Assembly: GCF_006345805.1 (NCBI RefSeq)
Contig: NC_043000.1
Location: 161,820,001-161,884,000, forward strand
From: Octopus sinensis
Taxonomy: Eukaryota
Reading direction: 5' to 3'
DNA length: 64,000 nucleotides
The notes under the pieces were generated by a model. It worked only from the letters and a program-made list of their open reading frames with translations. It made no database searches and was not told the origin of the DNA. The translations under genes were made by a program, and so were the position numbers. Of the stretch, positions 59,673 to 64,000 are shown piece after piece. The stretch's first letter is position 1. Each line of letters begins with the position of its first letter.

Positions 59673-59759
59673 ATAAAATATTTATTTAGTTTCAGTTGCT
59701 TTTTAAAAATAATGTTTGTTATTTATTAATTAATCTTTATTTATTAAACTATTTATTTC

Positions 59760-59790
59760 AATATAACATATTTATTTATTTTTTTGCAGG
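59760..59790 (+). promoter_or_regulatory. 3' splice acceptor of the zinc-finger exon
   Basis: T-rich tract ATTTATTTATTTTTTTGCAG|G, AG at 59788-59789. Confidence 0.75.
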
Positions 59791-59811
59791 AGCAAATTTC
59801 ATCTGGAGGTT

Positions 59812-59872
59812 ATGTTCGTATATCTTCATGTCCGAGGACTATAAAGTACAATGGAAGGAACAGATATGTTAA
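59812..59872 (+). promoter_or_regulatory. Two upstream ORFs before the main ATG
   Basis: uORF1 59812-59844 (MFVYLHVRGL*, in frame with the CDS, stop 6 nt before the ATG). uORF2 59828-59872 (MSEDYKVQWKEQIC*) overlaps the main ATG out of frame. Confidence 0.55.
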
Positions 59873-61653
59873 GGCTGCATATGATTGAGAAATGTACCGG
59901 TGCTCAAAAGAGGAAACAGATGTCTCGTCGTTATCAGCCTAGACCAAAGCAAGTGTTTGATGATGAAGAGGATGTTGCTCCTCTTAACCTTTCTCTTAAT
60001 GACTCAAATTCCTATTCATCATCCATTGATGAAAGAAGAGAGAAAAATGGAAACTTGCAATCTTCCATGTCATCATTAACAAAAGTGCAGTCTGCTCCAA
60101 ACCCTGGTGGGATTCCAAACAGTGATTCACTTGGATATGTGAAATCAGAATTGGATACATTAAAACCTTGGAATGAAAATGGCTGTGATATTACAAGAAG
60201 GAGTTCTCCTTCTAGTGAGTATCCAAGGAATTCTATAACACAACTTATCCAATCAAAGGACTCACCCAAGGAAATACCAAAGTACAGAAAGCCTCACAAA
60301 CATACAATTGAATCTTTGCTTGAAAATGAAAAACCAACTCAAAAACCTGATAATTTTTCATCTAATCAAGAAGTTCCAAAGCAGTTTGATAGTTATGCTG
60401 TTAATACAGACCATAACAAAAAACTGACAGTAATTCTCCAAAAGATTACCTCACGAGACGACTGTAAAAGCCAAACAAAACAGCCTGAGTCTAATGTGAT
60501 GCCAGTAAACATTTCAATGTCTGCTACAGATCCTACTGGTGAAACAAAAAATGCTCGATATGAAACTCGTCATAATCGTAAAACAATTCATCCTATTTTA
60601 TATTTTAGTGATTCTGATGATGATGAATTTCCTCCAGTTTGGAATTCAAGGCGAGGTAAGAAACGTAAAAAGCGAAGTCCTAAATCCACGTTGATAAAGA
60701 AAAGACTAAATAACTCAAAGCCAGTCATACCTAAGAAAATATTGCCTAAACCATTAGTTGCATCAAGGAAGAAACCCAAGAAAAAATCTTTATTTAGGAT
60801 CCGACCTCGTATTTATCTTCCAAAATCTATCAAAGCTCATTGTGAGATTTGTGATAAACCTTTCCGAACACTAAGCACCATGAAGAAACATTTACTTCTT
60901 AAACACAATAAATCATCGTTTTCACATTTGACATTTAGCAAATGGATACGTTCTCATTATAGCTACTTGAGAAGTTTTTACAGAATGATAGCAGTTTATA
61001 ATCTGCCAAATTTAAAAAAACAGTATACATGTTTGAGGTGCCAAAGAATATTTAAGCATTATAGTACCCTTCGTCTCCATTGTAAAATGAATCACTGGAA
61101 AGGTTGTCATGTGCCACTTTCAAAGTTCTTTTTCAAGGATGGCAAATTAGTAAAAAGCAAGATTTCAATACCATCCTGGAAGACCAAAAAGAAGAAAGAG
61201 CTTAAGAAACGTGGTCGAAAACCGAAGCCACTTTATCTGAAAGGTTATAAGAAACGAGAGTTCCGCTGTCCAATTTGCCTCAAGTACATTGCTTCCAACA
61301 GAACCCTAGTGGTACATTTGCTACGAGTCCACTCCTTAAAGGAAAATGAGATTTCATGTAGTGTCCTGCAAAATTTGCGATGTGTAGAAACTGATTGCAG
61401 CTATGAAGGGAAATCACTCAAGTCTCTTTCTGATCATGCGCGACAGGAACATCCAAGTGTACGACATTTTTGCCCATACTGTAATCGTGGCTTCTACTTG
61501 GAATTTCTGCGAGACAAGCATGTGCTCATGAAGCATAAGTACCGTGAGCAACTGTTGAAGTTTGCTTGTAACCACTGTGGCAAGCGATATCTACGGAGAT
61601 GCCATCTGCGAATGCACCAATATTCAAAACACTCAATACCACATAATGTCCAA
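59851..61653 (+). CDS. C2H2 zinc-finger transcription factor, first coding exon (601 codons, continues beyond the donor)
   Basis: Long open frame with ACAATGG start context and an in-frame upstream stop (59842-44). Six C2H2 fingers start at 60841, 61030, 61267, 61381, 61471 and 61567. PLNLS at 59980-59994, KKRGRKPK at 61204-61227, basic NLS-like RRGKKRKKR. Donor CAA|GTAAGT at 61654 (phase 0); the ORF-track tail past this point is (GT)n intron. Confidence 0.88.
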
Positions 61654-61707
61654 GTAAGTAATTGTTTAATTCATTCATATATGTGTTTGTATCTGTGTGT
61701 TTGTTTG

Positions 61708-61745
<38 letters not shown>

Positions 61746-62289
61746 CTTGCTCACAACAGTCTCCTAATAGCAAGCATTATTCACTTAGGATTTCAATAAA
61801 GTAATTATAAATTCTCTTTCAGTACTTTTGATGACTATCATTAAACACCGAGTCTGCTTCTTTAGTTTCGCATTTAATATTTGAGGAGAAAATTTAATTG
61901 CAATTCAATGAAAATTAATGAGTAGTGAGCTGAAATAAATAGATTTTTAATAAAAAGAATTTATACGGAAGCCTTTGCGGTAACACTTATTTTGGTTTCA
62001 AAATATTTTTTTTTTATTTTAGAATGAATATTCTTAAACTAATGCCTAGTAAAAGTTTACTGTACAGTTGAAAACTTAACTGTGTAATTCTATATATGTG
62101 TACAGACTTAGGCACACTCTCACACATACATACGAACACATGTAAATATAATCCTTAGCTACATATATCCATGTTCTCGTGTATGTATATGTGAGCATGT
62201 GTGTATATCCATACATTGTAGTCATGGGCCAGAATGCAGGGGACTTGAGAAGACTGAAAATAATTAAGCTACCATGCTTCTTTGGATGT

Positions 62290-62600
62290 GCAGTGTAAGT
62301 GCGTATGAACAACAAAGTACGAATGTCTTGAGAGAAAAACTGGGTATAAAAGAGGAATCAGATGCAGGTTACAAGAATGAAAGCTGTGTTAGAATGGACA
62401 TGTGTTAGGCATGGTTGAGGAGAGCTGTATAAAGAAAGGATTATCATTTAATGGGAATGAAGTTTCCAAAGGAGACCTGGGAAGATATGTGTTAAAATAG
62501 TAGAGGCTCACCCCAGGCCCTTGAATCTGATGGAGGAGAGGCTAAAGGACCAGGATGACTGTCAATAGGCAGTTCTAAGGAAGACCCACCCATCTCTGCA
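62290..62600 (+). mobile_element. RTE-clade LINE 3' end relic
   Basis: Decayed EQQSTNVLREKLGIK..NGHVLGMVEESCIKK..RPGK..LNLMEE..KDQDD. Homologous to 24925-25240. Confidence 0.7.
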
Positions 62601-62964
62601 AAACTAAGATTCTGGAACATAATGTGTGTATATACACATATTTGTGTGTGTGCGCATGTTTTGTCTTGTGTATCTGCATAGTTCACCAGTTTTTCCCTCT
62701 TACCACATATCCATCTTACTCCTGTCCTCTGCATTCAAATTTTACATTGGTCACCTTCAATCACAATACATACAAATCATTTCTCTCTCCCTGTCTCTCT
62801 CTCTCTCTCTCTCCCACTCGTTCATTCTTCCTCTGTATACTCTTCTGCTGGTCTTCCCTTATTACTGTCCAACACATTGTATCATTCTGCATCTACCACC
62901 CCTTATGTACTGATCATTAAATCCACCCCATCCCCCAACTCTACCCAATTTCTACAGTTCTATA

Positions 62965-63378
62965 GGTGTAAGAGTGGCTGTGTGGTAAGTAACTTACTTA
63001 CGAACCACATGGTTCCGGGTTCAGTCCCACTACGTGGCACTTTGGACAAGTGTCTTCTACAATAGCCTCCAGCCGACCAAAGCCTTGCGAGTGGATTTGA
63101 TAGATGGAAACTGAAAGAAGACCGTTATATATATGTATATATGTATATATATGTATATATATGTGTGTGTGTTTGTGTGTCTGTGTTTGTCCCCTCAACA
63201 TCGCTTGACAATTGATGCTGGTGTGTTTACGTACCCGTAACTTAGCGATTCGGCAAAAGAGACCAATAGAATAAGTACTAGGCTTACCTAGAATAAGTCC
63301 TGGGTTCAATTTGCTCGACTAAAGGTGGTGCTCCAGCATGGCTGCAGTCAAATGACTGAAACAAGTAAAAGAGTAAAA
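62965..63378 (+). mobile_element. SINE family A, full length
   Basis: GAGTGGCTGTGTGGTAAG..CCGGGTTCAGTCCCAC..TGACTGAAACAAGTAAAAGAGTAAAAGAG. Confidence 0.93.
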
Positions 63379-64000
63379 GAGTTCTTGCCTACTCTTTCTA
63401 ACTTTCTATCCGACATATACTTAGCGTCCCCCAGTCACTTCTACTCCCTTTGTACTTTGAGGGTCCAGCCTGAGACCTTCTCATCATTATTTTTATCATT
63501 ATCTAGCTCCATCCAGTTATCCGCATTCTCCCTTACATAATGTGAGTAGTCATGTTTCTCCTCTACAGCAAGAAATCTGTTCTGGCCCCTTTCCACTGCA
63601 GCCTGACTCATTTAAAGGGAATCTTAATTGTGCAAGCTATACATTGACCTTACTAGGGCTGCTGCCACAAAAAACAGAAAACATCACCCTATGCATGCTG
63701 TAAAGGGGTTGGTGTTAGGGAGAGTATTCAGCTATAAGGAACATGGAAAAGCTAACATTTAAGCATGATGCAGTCATTGAACCCACCAGATTCTGTCAAA
63801 CCATCACATGCCAGCAAAGAACATGGACCCTAAAGGATTATTATATTTCCTTCCCTCCCCCCCTCCTTCTCTCTCTCCTCTCTCTCTCTCTGTATATATA
63901 CACACACACACATACGGATGGATGTGCTTATACATCTTATTCATTTTATATAAATACATGTGTATATATATATTAACATATATTTTATATATATGTATTC

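Noticed and set aside
61654-61767. C-terminal 37 aa of the 638-aa ORF (VSNCLIHSYMCL..VCVCV)
   Set aside because: Lies after a consensus GTAAGT donor and runs through a (GT)n repeat; it is read-through into intron.
63385-63700. Possible degenerate RT fragment (FLSNFLSD..)
   Set aside because: One short motif; too eroded to support.
1-64000. CRISPR arrays, rRNA genes, prokaryotic operons
   Set aside because: No regularly spaced direct repeats with unique spacers, no rRNA-like sequence and no dense ORF packing; the window is eukaryotic.

Overview
AT-rich, repeat-dense eukaryotic genomic DNA, most likely octopus. This is inferred from tRNA-derived SINE families resembling the octopus OK/OR types, abundant (TA)n/(CA)n/(CATA)n microsatellites and R4/Dong-, RTE-, CR1- and Penelope-like relics. 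The only host gene I can support is one large coding exon (acceptor 59788-89, ATG 59851, donor 61654) of a C2H2 zinc-finger protein. It has six H-X4-H fingers, a PLNLS CtBP-type motif and an AT-hook-like motif, and is preceded by two uORFs. Most of the rest is probably intron or upstream DNA of this gene, and CpG retention drops from the left third to the right two-thirds. The most notable observations are: (1) short Penelope-like terminal-repeat elements embedded in (TA)n tracts that carry type I hammerhead-ribozyme folds, one with a canonical core (49589-49660) and others with variant cores (G3:C8 swap, U4C, A6U); (2) R4/Dong-like restriction-like-endonuclease retrotransposon 3' ends repeatedly attached to (CATA)n/(TATG)n microsatellites (5.2-13.4 kb); (3) a ~1.1 kb foldback structure (2936-4067); (4) a 535-bp tandem duplication; (5) a CRE-clade-like LINE end. 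All alignments, folds and counts were done by eye, with no database searches. Almost all other ORF-track entries are microsatellite or repeat artefacts.
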